Source: a virus (lineage: Duplodnaviria; Heunggongvirae; Uroviricota; Caudoviricetes). From it: a stretch of 64,000 nucleotides of DNA. Position 1 is the first letter of the stretch. Each line of letters begins with the position of its first letter. Of the stretch, positions 48,378-57,617 are shown in pieces. Location of the stretch: positions 32,001 to 96,000 of IMG/VR virus record IMGVR_UViG_3300014205_000001; one strand, given 5' to 3'. The notes under the pieces were generated by a model. It was given only the letters and a program-made list of their open reading frames with translations, was not told the origin of the DNA and made no database searches. A program made the translations under genes and the position numbers.

Positions 48378-49529
48378 ATGATCACGAAAATCAAACAATT
48401 CATGTCTTCAATTTTTGAAAAAGCCATGTCATACGACGATGCTAATAACATCATTGTAGTTCGTGAGATGACAAAAAAGGAAATTAAAATTGTATTATAT
48501 GATCATGTAACTCAAGCTATTCATGGTTATATGTGGGCAACTAATTACAAAAACGAATATTATATCGTTGAAAGAATTGGTGCAGATAAAGGTTGGGGAC
48601 CATTTTTATACGAATTGTTAATGCAGTCGATTTATCCTTTAGGTTTGAAACCTTCAGAAATGATTCGTCCTGAAGCAATTAACGTATGGAAAAAATTTCA
48701 ACAAAATCCTAACATTGAAACTCAACCTATCAATTCAACGTCATTAAACTATGCTGTCGCATGGAAGCCTGATGAATTTGCTGAACCTATCGTAGGTGCA
48801 CCTGAATTAGGAATTATTAATCAGATTTATAAATTACATCCGTATAATTATTTCCGACCTTATGTGGAAGAATCGGAACAAATTATTAAAAATAACAATA
48901 TTAGTAAAACGACAGTATTCAAACACGCATTAGATTTCTTTCAATCAAAATATTATGTTGAATCATTTGTATTAGAAACATTGAATATCCCTAATAAGGA
49001 CATTACTGACAAGTATTTAATAATAAACAAAGAAAACAATACCATTCAATTTTTAATTCAAGATAAATCAAAAATTTATGGTTATGCTGAATTAACAAAT
49101 GATGGTAAATATTATCAAACTAAAAACATTGCAGCTGAATCAGGATGGGGACCTTTCTTATATGATACAGTAATGTTAATGTTAGATAAACCAATTCATC
49201 CTTCTGTATCATTAACAACAGATTCATTTAACGTAATTAATAACTATTTACATAATCGTCCTGATGTCATTAAAAGTTTATATCCAGGTAAGTTATATAA
49301 AGCACTTGATTATAATAACAAAATGACTCAAGATGAAAAGTATTATAAAGTATTGAATTATACTTATACTATTCATAATACTGAACGTCGTGAAAATATC
49401 ACTAATTGGTATAATCAATCATTAAAATTCGAACAACAACTTACAGCATCACTTCCCAATTGGAAACACATACGTTTTGAACAAGCAAAACGTTGGTTTA
49501 ATATGCAGTATTTATCTGTCGCAGCATAA
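48378..49529 (+). CDS. Putative capsid-targeted protein with tandem GNAT-like domains
   Basis: MITKIKQFMSSIFE; duplicated GADKGWGPFLYE / AAESGWGPFLYD. Confidence 0.6.
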   Translation: MITKIKQFMSSIFEKAMSYDDANNIIVVREMTKKEIKIVLYDHVTQAIHGYMWATNYKNEYYIVERIGADKGWGPFLYELLMQSIYPLGLKPSEMIRPEAINVWKKFQQNPNIETQPINSTSLNYAVAWKPDEFAEPIVGAPELGIINQIYKLHPYNYFRPYVEESEQIIKNNNISKTTVFKHALDFFQSKYYVESFVLETLNIPNKDITDKYLIINKENNTIQFLIQDKSKIYGYAELTNDGKYYQTKNIAAESGWGPFLYDTVMLMLDKPIHPSVSLTTDSFNVINNYLHNRPDVIKSLYPGKLYKALDYNNKMTQDEKYYKVLNYTYTIHNTERRENITNWYNQSLKFEQQLTASLPNWKHIRFEQAKRWFNMQYLSVAA

Positions 49530-49582
49530 ACAAATTTTCATAGTAATTATATAAAGCATATAATTGTTATATAAAATTTACT

Positions 49583-49903
49583 ATGCCTACTTCCAAACAT
49601 CGCAAGAAACACAAAGTTAAAGTTAAACAACGTAGAAATAATATTGCTCAGCAAAAAAATGCTTACAATAAACAACTACAACAATACGAAGACCAAGTTG
49701 CAAAAATCAACGAGCAATACAAAGAGCATATTGCGGCAGGTGGCAAACCTGAAGATTTTAATCCTTTAAAACAACTGTTGGGTAATTTACCTCTTGCAGA
49801 AGAAACTGCTGAAAATGATACTCCTGCAGACTTTGAAGGTAACAGTTCTGGACCTGAATTTGAAGATGCAGTTGAAGTAAACGAATCTAACAATGAAGAC
49901 TAA
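49583..49903 (+). CDS. Hypothetical protein
   Basis: Basic N-terminus MPTSKHRKKHK, acidic C-terminus. Confidence 0.7.
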   Translation: MPTSKHRKKHKVKVKQRRNNIAQQKNAYNKQLQQYEDQVAKINEQYKEHIAAGGKPEDFNPLKQLLGNLPLAEETAENDTPADFEGNSSGPEFEDAVEVNESNNED

Positions 49904-50144
49904 TATGGTCGTATGCGTTGATGGTGATGGTCACTTTCATGTGAATCCATTAAATCAACGTCATAAAGTAATTGAATCCATTAAAAAGATTCACGATGGT
50001 GATTACTTATCAAACATGTTAGATGAATTGCCAGAAAATTTCTTAACCAATTATTTAAACTTTACAGCTGAATATTGGAAAGAAACAATCGCACAATTTG
50101 TACAGCGTGGAACTTTAGAAATTATAGAAATCGAAAATGCATAA
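49893..50144 (+). CDS. Hypothetical protein
   Basis: Overlapping operon ORF. Confidence 0.65.
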   Translation: MKTNMVVCVDGDGHFHVNPLNQRHKVIESIKKIHDGDYLSNMLDELPENFLTNYLNFTAEYWKETIAQFVQRGTLEIIEIENA

Positions 50145-50457
50145 ATTAACACTTTACTATTCCGTTTCCAATGGTGGTGACGGATCAGCTTATCCACAAT
50201 TTTCATTGAATGAAGAATTAGTTGATATTCATCAAGAAATACAAAACGAATTACATGGTGAAGGTTGGGGAGAACCTTGTACAGGTTCAATTGAATTGGA
50301 ATCAGAATCACCTATTAAAGTTTCTCAATCACAAATTTCAATTACAAAAGCAAGTTTATTGGAAACAGTTGAATATTATATAGCAGATTCTAAAAGAGAA
50401 TCTGTTAAGAAAATTGCACAGCAATTCAAAGAACAAATTGAAAAAGTAATTGAATAA
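50137..50457 (+). CDS. Hypothetical protein
   Basis: NGGDGSA...GWGE.C motif. Confidence 0.7.
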   Translation: MHKLTLYYSVSNGGDGSAYPQFSLNEELVDIHQEIQNELHGEGWGEPCTGSIELESESPIKVSQSQISITKASLLETVEYYIADSKRESVKKIAQQFKEQIEKVIE

Positions 50458-50879
50458 TGAGAAGAGGACTATTAATAGAAGATGACATTGACGGTTTAAA
50501 TCGTGCCAAACGTTGTGCTCCTAACAAAGAAACTTTAGATGTATATAATGCACCTGATATTGAATGGACTTGGGTAAAAACTTACGATCAATTTTGTAAA
50601 CACTTACTCAAATTTGGCATCCCAGATGTATTTGCATTTGATCATGATTTAAGTGACGATAGTTATGAACTTTGGCACAAACATGGTGGTTATATCAAAG
50701 AAGATATTAACTACGAAGAATACAAAGAAAAAACAGGCTATCACTGTGCACACTTTTTAGTAAATTTGTGTATGGATAGTAACATTAAACTCACAGCGGA
50801 AGTATATTCACATTCCATGAATACAAAAGGGCGTGAAAACATTTTAGCATTAATTAGTAACTTTAAAAAACATCAGTAA
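50457..50879 (+). CDS. Cyclic-phosphate-processing receiver-like domain protein
   Basis: EDD, W.WVKTY..F, FDHDL, KTGY.CA, HSMN..G..NI. Confidence 0.75.
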   Translation: MRRGLLIEDDIDGLNRAKRCAPNKETLDVYNAPDIEWTWVKTYDQFCKHLLKFGIPDVFAFDHDLSDDSYELWHKHGGYIKEDINYEEYKEKTGYHCAHFLVNLCMDSNIKLTAEVYSHSMNTKGRENILALISNFKKHQ

Positions 50880-50951
50880 TATGAAAAAGAAGTACGAATG
50901 CCTTATGGCTTGGTTAGCAGATCACAATATCAAATCTAAATCTTCACGGTA

Positions 50952-51143
50952 GTGAAATTAGAAGATTGGCATATTAAAGCAATGCAGTGGTCGAACGACC
51001 ATGACGACCATGTGCAAGCTTTAATTAAAAATGCTAAAAGTTCTTATCCTCCCACTTTAAGTGAAGATATAAACAATCCTGCTTTATGGAAAGCAGAACA
51101 TTGGTTATGGTTCATTACAGCAATATCAAGTCATGACGAATAA
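50952..51143 (+). CDS. Hypothetical protein
   Basis: 63-aa ORF with GTG start. Confidence 0.5.
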   Translation: MKLEDWHIKAMQWSNDHDDHVQALIKNAKSSYPPTLSEDINNPALWKAEHWLWFITAISSHDE

Positions 51144-51726
51144 AAAATTCAATAACAAACCTAACAAAATCTATAAAACTGACAACGGTCATTTATGGCA
51201 TTCACGTTCAAATGTTGTTGTAGGTCATGTTCATGCATTAGTTAACGATGGGTCTTCAAAAGAATATTTAACAGAAGATGATTTTTATGTGTTGGTGGGA
51301 ACTCGTGGTACAGGGAAACATAAAGGATTTTATAATGTACCTTGTGGTTATTTAGATTGGAGTGAAACAATCGAAAATGCAGTTTATCGGGAAGTATTTG
51401 AAGAAGCCGGAATGTATTTACCTGACTGGGAACATAAGTTCTTATACAGTTCGAAAAACATGCCTTGGTTTGTTAATAGTGAACCTTCAGTTACATTACA
51501 AAATGTTTTATTTCATTGTGGTATCTTATTAGATATTAATTCAGTTGAAGAATTACCTAATGTACATTTAGAAAATATGGAACCTGATGAATGTGAGAAC
51601 ATTCAATGGATAAAATTAAGTGAAGTGAGAACCATTGCTGATAAGTTCTGTTTTAATCATCATGAAAGAATTTTACAATTCCATAATCATTACACACCTT
51701 TACTACAAAGTAAAGGACTTTTTTAA
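51133..51726 (+). CDS. Nudix hydrolase
   Basis: PCGYLDWSETIENAVYREVFEEAG Nudix box. Confidence 0.9.
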   Translation: MTNKKFNNKPNKIYKTDNGHLWHSRSNVVVGHVHALVNDGSSKEYLTEDDFYVLVGTRGTGKHKGFYNVPCGYLDWSETIENAVYREVFEEAGMYLPDWEHKFLYSSKNMPWFVNSEPSVTLQNVLFHCGILLDINSVEELPNVHLENMEPDECENIQWIKLSEVRTIADKFCFNHHERILQFHNHYTPLLQSKGLF

Positions 51727-51734
51727 AGAAACGG

Positions 51735-51868
51735 ATGTCAATTTAATTTTGACTATGGAGATGACAGGTGATACCTAGCCTTATGTCTTGTTTAAATACA
51801 CAGTAGATAAGAAATTGAAAATCCGGTGAATGCTCCACTATTCCGGGAACCCTTAGTCGCACTGACAT
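51735..51868 (+). ncRNA. Candidate structured ncRNA
   Basis: Intergenic; nested end pairing AUGUCA/UGACAU and UGACUA/UAGUCG, internal hairpins, possible UGGAG/CUCCA pseudoknot. Confidence 0.4.
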
Positions 51869-51877
51869 AACACGAGC

Positions 51878-52660
51878 TTAATCCGTTTTCTTTTTTAAAG
51901 CAGATTCATCATCTGCTTTTTCTTTGTCTTTCTTTTTCTTTTCGCGGACTTTATCCTCAGCGATATTCTTTTCTTGATTAACTCCACGGATACGTTCGAT
52001 AATATCTGTAGCATTCATAATCATACGATTCTTTTCGTCTGTCTTGACTTCAGTTTCTTGTACAATTTTTGTTTCTTCGTTTTCCATTCCGTACTGTTCC
52101 GCGTATGCTGTCCAATACTTTTCACAGGCATCGAGATGCTTATCACAACTTGTTTCATGATTGACTAATGTTTGCTGTGCGCGCATGTTGGTATCAAATA
52201 CTTCTGTTGACATATCTCCACTATCAATAGCTTCTTGTAAAGTAATAAAATTACGTTCCGAAGTTTCAATCAATAACAATAATCGTGCATATTTATCAAT
52301 TTGTTTATCGACTAAATCTAATAGACGTGGACTCTGTAAAAGTTTTGGACTTTTAATATAAGTCTTAACAATGTTTGTAATTACTCGTTGTGCGTAAACT
52401 AAATGTTTAGGTTTTTCATCGTTATAATAATCAACTGATTTAATGTTTTGACTTGCAGGCATGATGCTGGGGTCTAATAACATATTATCAGTATTCAATT
52501 GCACTGGGTCAGAATCCAACATTTCTTTTAATGATTGTAATCGTTGTTTTGTAGGATTTTTAGGTTTTTCAACTTGACCTGCAAAATAAACAGTATTCTC
52601 ATCTTTAGGAGTTTTAGGTGTTTCGTCTTCAGGTCCTAATATTTCGTCGATACTTGGCAT
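51878..52660 (-). CDS. Hypothetical coiled-coil protein
   Basis: 260-aa ORF coupled to the upstream gene. Confidence 0.75.
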   Translation of the reverse strand: MPSIDEILGPEDETPKTPKDENTVYFAGQVEKPKNPTKQRLQSLKEMLDSDPVQLNTDNMLLDPSIMPASQNIKSVDYYNDEKPKHLVYAQRVITNIVKTYIKSPKLLQSPRLLDLVDKQIDKYARLLLLIETSERNFITLQEAIDSGDMSTEVFDTNMRAQQTLVNHETSCDKHLDACEKYWTAYAEQYGMENEETKIVQETEVKTDEKNRMIMNATDIIERIRGVNQEKNIAEDKVREKKKKDKEKADDESALKKKTD

Positions 52661-53949
52661 TATTTTTTCTTTTTTAATTTTTTCTTATCATCACCATTAT
52701 TATCTGGGAACAACGAACCCATATCTGTCATTACATGTCCTCGATGATCTTCTTCCCATTTGATGTTAGGATATTTGGCTAAATCTTGAAACTTAAAGCT
52801 ATAACGATCAATGTTAGTATTGTAATTTAATTGTTCTTCAATTTTAATTTGTATCTTACGAATTAAATTATTTAAATGTTCTAATGCTACTTCATTAATA
52901 ATTCCAATTTCTTTCTTTTGTTCATGTTGAAAGTTACTTAATAATATCTTAAACAGATATTCTAATTTAGAATGTTTGTTCAATAATTCTAAAGTTGTTT
53001 GATTTTTAATGAGTGCTTGATTTACACGGAACTTATCTGTATTAAAAAATTCAGGGACAGTAAAGATAAAATTTATAATATTATCTTCATTCTTTGCACA
53101 ATATATATTAAACAATTTTGAAATCAAATTGATATAAATTATATCACGACTTGTACCTGAAGATTCGACAGTAGATAAATCAATTGTCAGTAACCATTGC
53201 ATGAAATTGAATAGTAGTAAAGAATATACATCACTAAATTCAGAGTCAGTCTTAAGCTGCATTTTCTGATAAATAGGATTTAATATTTCTAAAGTTGATT
53301 CTTGGTCTTTACCGTATCGCATGATAATTTTTTGTAGATTATCATTAAAGGTATTATTTTTAAGAAATGACGACGATGTTGCTGGGTTTAAGAGTTTATA
53401 AAAAAACTCAGTAAAAGTAATATTCTTAAAGAACAATTGTATATCTTTTTCAGTTGTATGTAAGAAGTAATTGATTGCATCTAATTGTTTTTCCATTAAT
53501 TTACCACGATAAATGATAGGTAAGGTATCGACATCAAATAAATCTGCCCAAGTTTTAATTTCATCGACATTATACACGTATTGTTTTGCATATTTACATA
53601 CACATGTAAGTATTAAATGATTTTTAGGGATACGATCATACTTAATATTTGCAGGTTGTTCGTCTGGAAAATATTCGAATCCAAAATAGTAATTAGGGCG
53701 TAATAAATTTGTAACTTCGTCAGGTAGAGTTAATAGGTATTGATAGGCATATTTGTAATATTTTTGCATTGCCATATCAATCATGTTGATCGGATTTTGA
53801 GTTACACCTTTGGGACGTACTATCCAGTTGCCATTGACATAATTGACCCAGATTTTGCTGCCTTGAACTTCTTCATATACGATCAGTTCGTTGTTAGTGA
53901 TGAGATTTAAGAACTTTTCGGGTTCTAATTCGGTATTTCTTTGTAACAT
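52660..53949 (-). CDS. RNA-ligase-fold protein, probably inactive
   Basis: VYEEVQGSKI at the motif I position (KxDG), FGFEYF, LPIIYRG. Confidence 0.5.
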   Translation of the reverse strand: MLQRNTELEPEKFLNLITNNELIVYEEVQGSKIWVNYVNGNWIVRPKGVTQNPINMIDMAMQKYYKYAYQYLLTLPDEVTNLLRPNYYFGFEYFPDEQPANIKYDRIPKNHLILTCVCKYAKQYVYNVDEIKTWADLFDVDTLPIIYRGKLMEKQLDAINYFLHTTEKDIQLFFKNITFTEFFYKLLNPATSSSFLKNNTFNDNLQKIIMRYGKDQESTLEILNPIYQKMQLKTDSEFSDVYSLLLFNFMQWLLTIDLSTVESSGTSRDIIYINLISKLFNIYCAKNEDNIINFIFTVPEFFNTDKFRVNQALIKNQTTLELLNKHSKLEYLFKILLSNFQHEQKKEIGIINEVALEHLNNLIRKIQIKIEEQLNYNTNIDRYSFKFQDLAKYPNIKWEEDHRGHVMTDMGSLFPDNNGDDKKKLKKKK

Positions 53950-53988
53950 CTTTTGTTTTTAATGTTTATTAATAATATATATCTTAAC

Positions 53989-54234
53989 ATGAGTGTCACA
54001 TTCCCTGAAAATTTTTGTATAGATGCATGGCATCGTGGTGAACGAAAGATTAAAGTTGATCAATGTCACCAAGACTATACGTTAATGACGAATAAAGATA
54101 AGTTCACTAAACAAGGAAACGAAATTTATTTGAATGGAAATTTGTTGACAAACATGCCCAATATTAATCCTGAAGACTTAGCACGTATTTATAAGTACTA
54201 TTTGAAGAAAAAAGGATATAAAATTTACGAATAA
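53989..54234 (+). CDS. Hypothetical protein
   Basis: Start MSVTFPE after TAATATATA. Confidence 0.65.
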   Translation: MSVTFPENFCIDAWHRGERKIKVDQCHQDYTLMTNKDKFTKQGNEIYLNGNLLTNMPNINPEDLARIYKYYLKKKGYKIYE

Positions 54235-54244
54235 TATATAAATC

Positions 54245-54640
54245 ATGATAACTAATTTAAACCAATTTAAACAACAATTAGAAGGCAAAAAGGAAACTGA
54301 TGCGCAATTGGCTAATGATATAGTTATGGTGAAGAAAGATACTTTAGAACCTTTAAATCCTGAAGAATGGGAAATCGCTCAAATCATTGATGTGATGACT
54401 GATTTAAAAACAATCAAGAAAATTGAAGAAAACAGTGGTAATAACGTCAGTATGGATTTAACAGTGAAGGAAGTTAAAATTGGTCAAAAAATATATTTAA
54501 CAGCATTACTGAAACCTAAAAATAAATCAACAGCGTATTCAATTGGAGAGATGGGAGTTATTGCAGCACGAATAACAGATATTTTTTACGGTTTAAATAA
54601 ATTAAATCAATTACAAAAATCAGGCAAATTAATTAAATAA
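54245..54640 (+). CDS. Putative capsid-targeted internal protein
   Basis: MITNLNQFKQQLE; TAATATATA upstream. Confidence 0.55.
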   Translation: MITNLNQFKQQLEGKKETDAQLANDIVMVKKDTLEPLNPEEWEIAQIIDVMTDLKTIKKIEENSGNNVSMDLTVKEVKIGQKIYLTALLKPKNKSTAYSIGEMGVIAARITDIFYGLNKLNQLQKSGKLIK

Positions 54641-54641
54641 C

Positions 54642-54950
54642 ATGATAATTAGAACACTTAAATATTTTAGAATCATTAACGAATCAATATCATTGGTACC
54701 TTTTAGTACGAATTTATTTTTGTATTCTAAAAAGACTCAAACTTTTTCTGCTGAAATAGCTGAACTTCATAGTGCTAATGTAAATTACATGGCAGGACAA
54801 AAACAGATCATTTTAAAAAATCCGAAAACAGGAATTGAAATGACATTTGATTGGTATAAAACTGACAAAGATGGCAGCAACGAAGATACATACGGATGGA
54901 GATATAAAAACAAAGAAGGTAATATTTCTGTACTTATCATTAACGACTAA
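54642..54950 (+). CDS. Putative capsid-targeted internal protein
   Basis: MIIRTLKYFRIINE variant leader. Confidence 0.5.
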   Translation: MIIRTLKYFRIINESISLVPFSTNLFLYSKKTQTFSAEIAELHSANVNYMAGQKQIILKNPKTGIEMTFDWYKTDKDGSNEDTYGWRYKNKEGNISVLIIND

Positions 54951-55411
54951 TGATTACTTCTATTAATGAATATCGTTTGATTTTAGAAATTGGTGAAGCA
55001 ACTATTTCAGGGTACGAATATACAATATCACCTTCTGTTTATCCAAATACTTTAGAAGCAAAATTTGATGCAGATGGTATACTTTATACAGTGATCGGCT
55101 GGATTAAAGAAGATGGTAATGTAAATCAATTATCAATTCATTTTTATACAGATCAAAAAGATTCTGAAGGTGAAACTAATCAGCACAATCAATATAAAGT
55201 AATGACAACAGTGATTACAATCTTAAAAGAATTTTTAATTTTACGTTCAGACATTAATCAAATTAGTGTAGTTTCAAAAGATAAAGAAAACGCCAGAAAT
55301 CCAAATCAACGTTTAAGTTTATATTTAGCTTATGTGCAAAAACAATTACCAAATTGGTCTATCAAAAAATTAGATGATAGTCACGCAATTCTGACAAAAA
55401 TACCTGAATAA
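54950..55411 (+). CDS. Putative capsid-targeted internal protein
   Basis: MITSINEYRLILE; TAATG coupling. Confidence 0.6.
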   Translation: MITSINEYRLILEIGEATISGYEYTISPSVYPNTLEAKFDADGILYTVIGWIKEDGNVNQLSIHFYTDQKDSEGETNQHNQYKVMTTVITILKEFLILRSDINQISVVSKDKENARNPNQRLSLYLAYVQKQLPNWSIKKLDDSHAILTKIPE

Positions 55412-55442
55412 GTAGTTACTTTCACCCAATATATAACTTTAC

Positions 55443-56114
55443 ATGAATTATATTGGAATCGACACATCACTTACATCCACAGGGATGTACATAAAAACTC
55501 CTGAAGGAGAATATTATTTTAATTATAGAAACTCTTCTAAAGACTCTAAATGGCATAAAACATTGTCATACGTAAGATATTATGACTATATCTTGCCTGA
55601 AACTACAGAATTTAGTGATGAACAAATTGTAAAATTAAAAGCTTACGATGAAGTAACTGATGCAATTATTGATGACATGCTATCAATCTGTGACCCAAAA
55701 CAGACAGTTGTTATGACAGAATCTTATTCTTATGCGTCAACTGCTGGACCTTTAATCGATTTAGTAACTTACGCAACATTATTACGGAGTAAAATTATTC
55801 GTAAAGGATTTTTAGAACTTATTGTAATACCACCCACATCTTTAAAATCACGTACAGCACTGAAAGTATACGGTCCTGGACCTTTAGTTGGTAAAAAAGT
55901 AAAGAAACCTACACCATCCCGAAATCATTTAGGAATCCCAGGGGGTAAATTTCAAAAACAAGATATGTTATTAGCGTTATTTGAATCAGAAATTGATATT
56001 CGTTTCAAACGTTCCTTAGAATTACATGCAGCAGAATTAGTTAAAATGAAAGGTATACCTAGTCCTATTGGAGATATTGTTGACGCCATCTGGCTAGTTG
56101 AAGCCAATCTTTAA
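55443..56114 (+). CDS. RuvC-like Holliday junction resolvase
   Basis: YIGIDTSLTSTG, TESYS, PPTSLK, DIVDA. Confidence 0.8.
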   Translation: MNYIGIDTSLTSTGMYIKTPEGEYYFNYRNSSKDSKWHKTLSYVRYYDYILPETTEFSDEQIVKLKAYDEVTDAIIDDMLSICDPKQTVVMTESYSYASTAGPLIDLVTYATLLRSKIIRKGFLELIVIPPTSLKSRTALKVYGPGPLVGKKVKKPTPSRNHLGIPGGKFQKQDMLLALFESEIDIRFKRSLELHAAELVKMKGIPSPIGDIVDAIWLVEANL

Positions 56115-56125
56115 TATATAAATTC

Positions 56126-56908
56126 ATGATCACTTCGATTAATGAATATCGACAAATTTTAGAATCAATCAATGATGACTTAATGAAATTAGCACAGCAA
56201 TTTCAAAAAGATCATCCGTTGCCTGCTGACTGGGAAGGACCTGGTGATTGTATTGAAGAAACTGCAGCATTTATTATGTGGGCAGAAACAAAAGGAATGT
56301 CAGGTAGATTTGTAAAATTGTGGGGAGCACCTTTGCAAGCCAAATTTGGTGCAGCATGGATGCATAGTGTAGTATTAGACACAACTTCAAATATGGTGAT
56401 TGATTTAACTCATGATCAATTTGACAAAAAAATTCCCATCAGAATTTATTCAGCAGAAGAATTTAAAGAAAAATGGCCGGTAGGCATTGATGAAGAAGGT
56501 AATTATATAAATGAATCACATGAAAAATTAATGACGACTGTTGTTAACAATGGTTATTCATATAGTATTTATAATTCTGAGGCTGTTGATTTTACTGATC
56601 GTTATATTTTAATTAAAATATTAACTGCTACAAAAGAAGAAATAGGTTATTTAAAATTATTAGTTTTTACACAAAAACATAATGCAAAAATACAAAACGT
56701 TTCAGTTAAATCAGAATATCGAAAAAAGGGTATTTATACTGATTTATTACTTTATATAGCTACATATTTAATAGAACATAATATTGCATCAGGTATTATT
56801 TCTTATGGTTCAGAAAGAAATTCAAATTCAGATTTATTTTGGGAATCTTTATTTAAAAAATATCCTAATCGAATAACAAAAAAGTATGCTGATTATATTA
56901 TAAAATAA
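56126..56908 (+). CDS. Putative capsid-targeted two-domain protein (C-terminal GNAT)
   Basis: MITSINEYRQILE; C-H-D triad-like N-domain (GDC, HSV, IDLT..QF); V.VKSEYRKKGIY GNAT motif. Confidence 0.6.
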   Translation: MITSINEYRQILESINDDLMKLAQQFQKDHPLPADWEGPGDCIEETAAFIMWAETKGMSGRFVKLWGAPLQAKFGAAWMHSVVLDTTSNMVIDLTHDQFDKKIPIRIYSAEEFKEKWPVGIDEEGNYINESHEKLMTTVVNNGYSYSIYNSEAVDFTDRYILIKILTATKEEIGYLKLLVFTQKHNAKIQNVSVKSEYRKKGIYTDLLLYIATYLIEHNIASGIISYGSERNSNSDLFWESLFKKYPNRITKKYADYIIK

Positions 56909-57585
56909 TGATAACAACAATTAACGAATTTCGTAAAATATTAGAGAAAACAAAAAAGAACGACGGTGTCGATCTGGTAATTGTGGATGTTCAAGAACAA
57001 TACAAAGAATATTTTACTGAACGTTATTTAGTAGAATTAAAAGAATATTGTAAAGACTATACTCGCGTCTTTCAATTATGGGATAACAACAAAGCACAAA
57101 AACCTGATTACACATTTCCCAATCAAGTAGGAACATACGAAAAAACTTATGGTTTACAATTAGATGTTAATACAGGAGAACAATTCTTTACTCCTGAAAC
57201 CTGGCCCGCAATCAAAGCAAAGATCGAAGCAGTACCTAATGAAGGTGATATGTTTGAAACGATTAACAATGAAGCTTGGGTGTGGATAGATAATAAGCAT
57301 CATTGGTTTTTATGTACAAAAGAATTATGTAAATTATTTAAAGATTTTGTACGTCAAGAACGTAAAATCGTGCTGATTGGTGGCGCTGCAAACGAATGTT
57401 TGCAAGATATTATGGTTACAATGAAAGCCTTTGGAGTCTCAGTATCTTATGACTTACAATTTGTCTATTCCAAAGATGGTAGTAAATTTACTAATATGTA
57501 TCAACCTACTGAAGAAGATTTACAGGCTATTAAAGATAAGGAAGACAAACACCTTAAAAAGAAAGAAACTAAATCTACAATTTAA
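56908..57585 (+). CDS. Putative capsid-targeted isochorismatase/nicotinamidase-fold protein
   Basis: MITTINEFRKILE; LVIVDVQ, EKTYG, GGAANECL. Confidence 0.65.
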   Translation: MITTINEFRKILEKTKKNDGVDLVIVDVQEQYKEYFTERYLVELKEYCKDYTRVFQLWDNNKAQKPDYTFPNQVGTYEKTYGLQLDVNTGEQFFTPETWPAIKAKIEAVPNEGDMFETINNEAWVWIDNKHHWFLCTKELCKLFKDFVRQERKIVLIGGAANECLQDIMVTMKAFGVSVSYDLQFVYSKDGSKFTNMYQPTEEDLQAIKDKEDKHLKKKETKSTI

Positions 57586-57617
57586 TTGATTTTTCAATGT
57601 TATTTAATATATAATTT

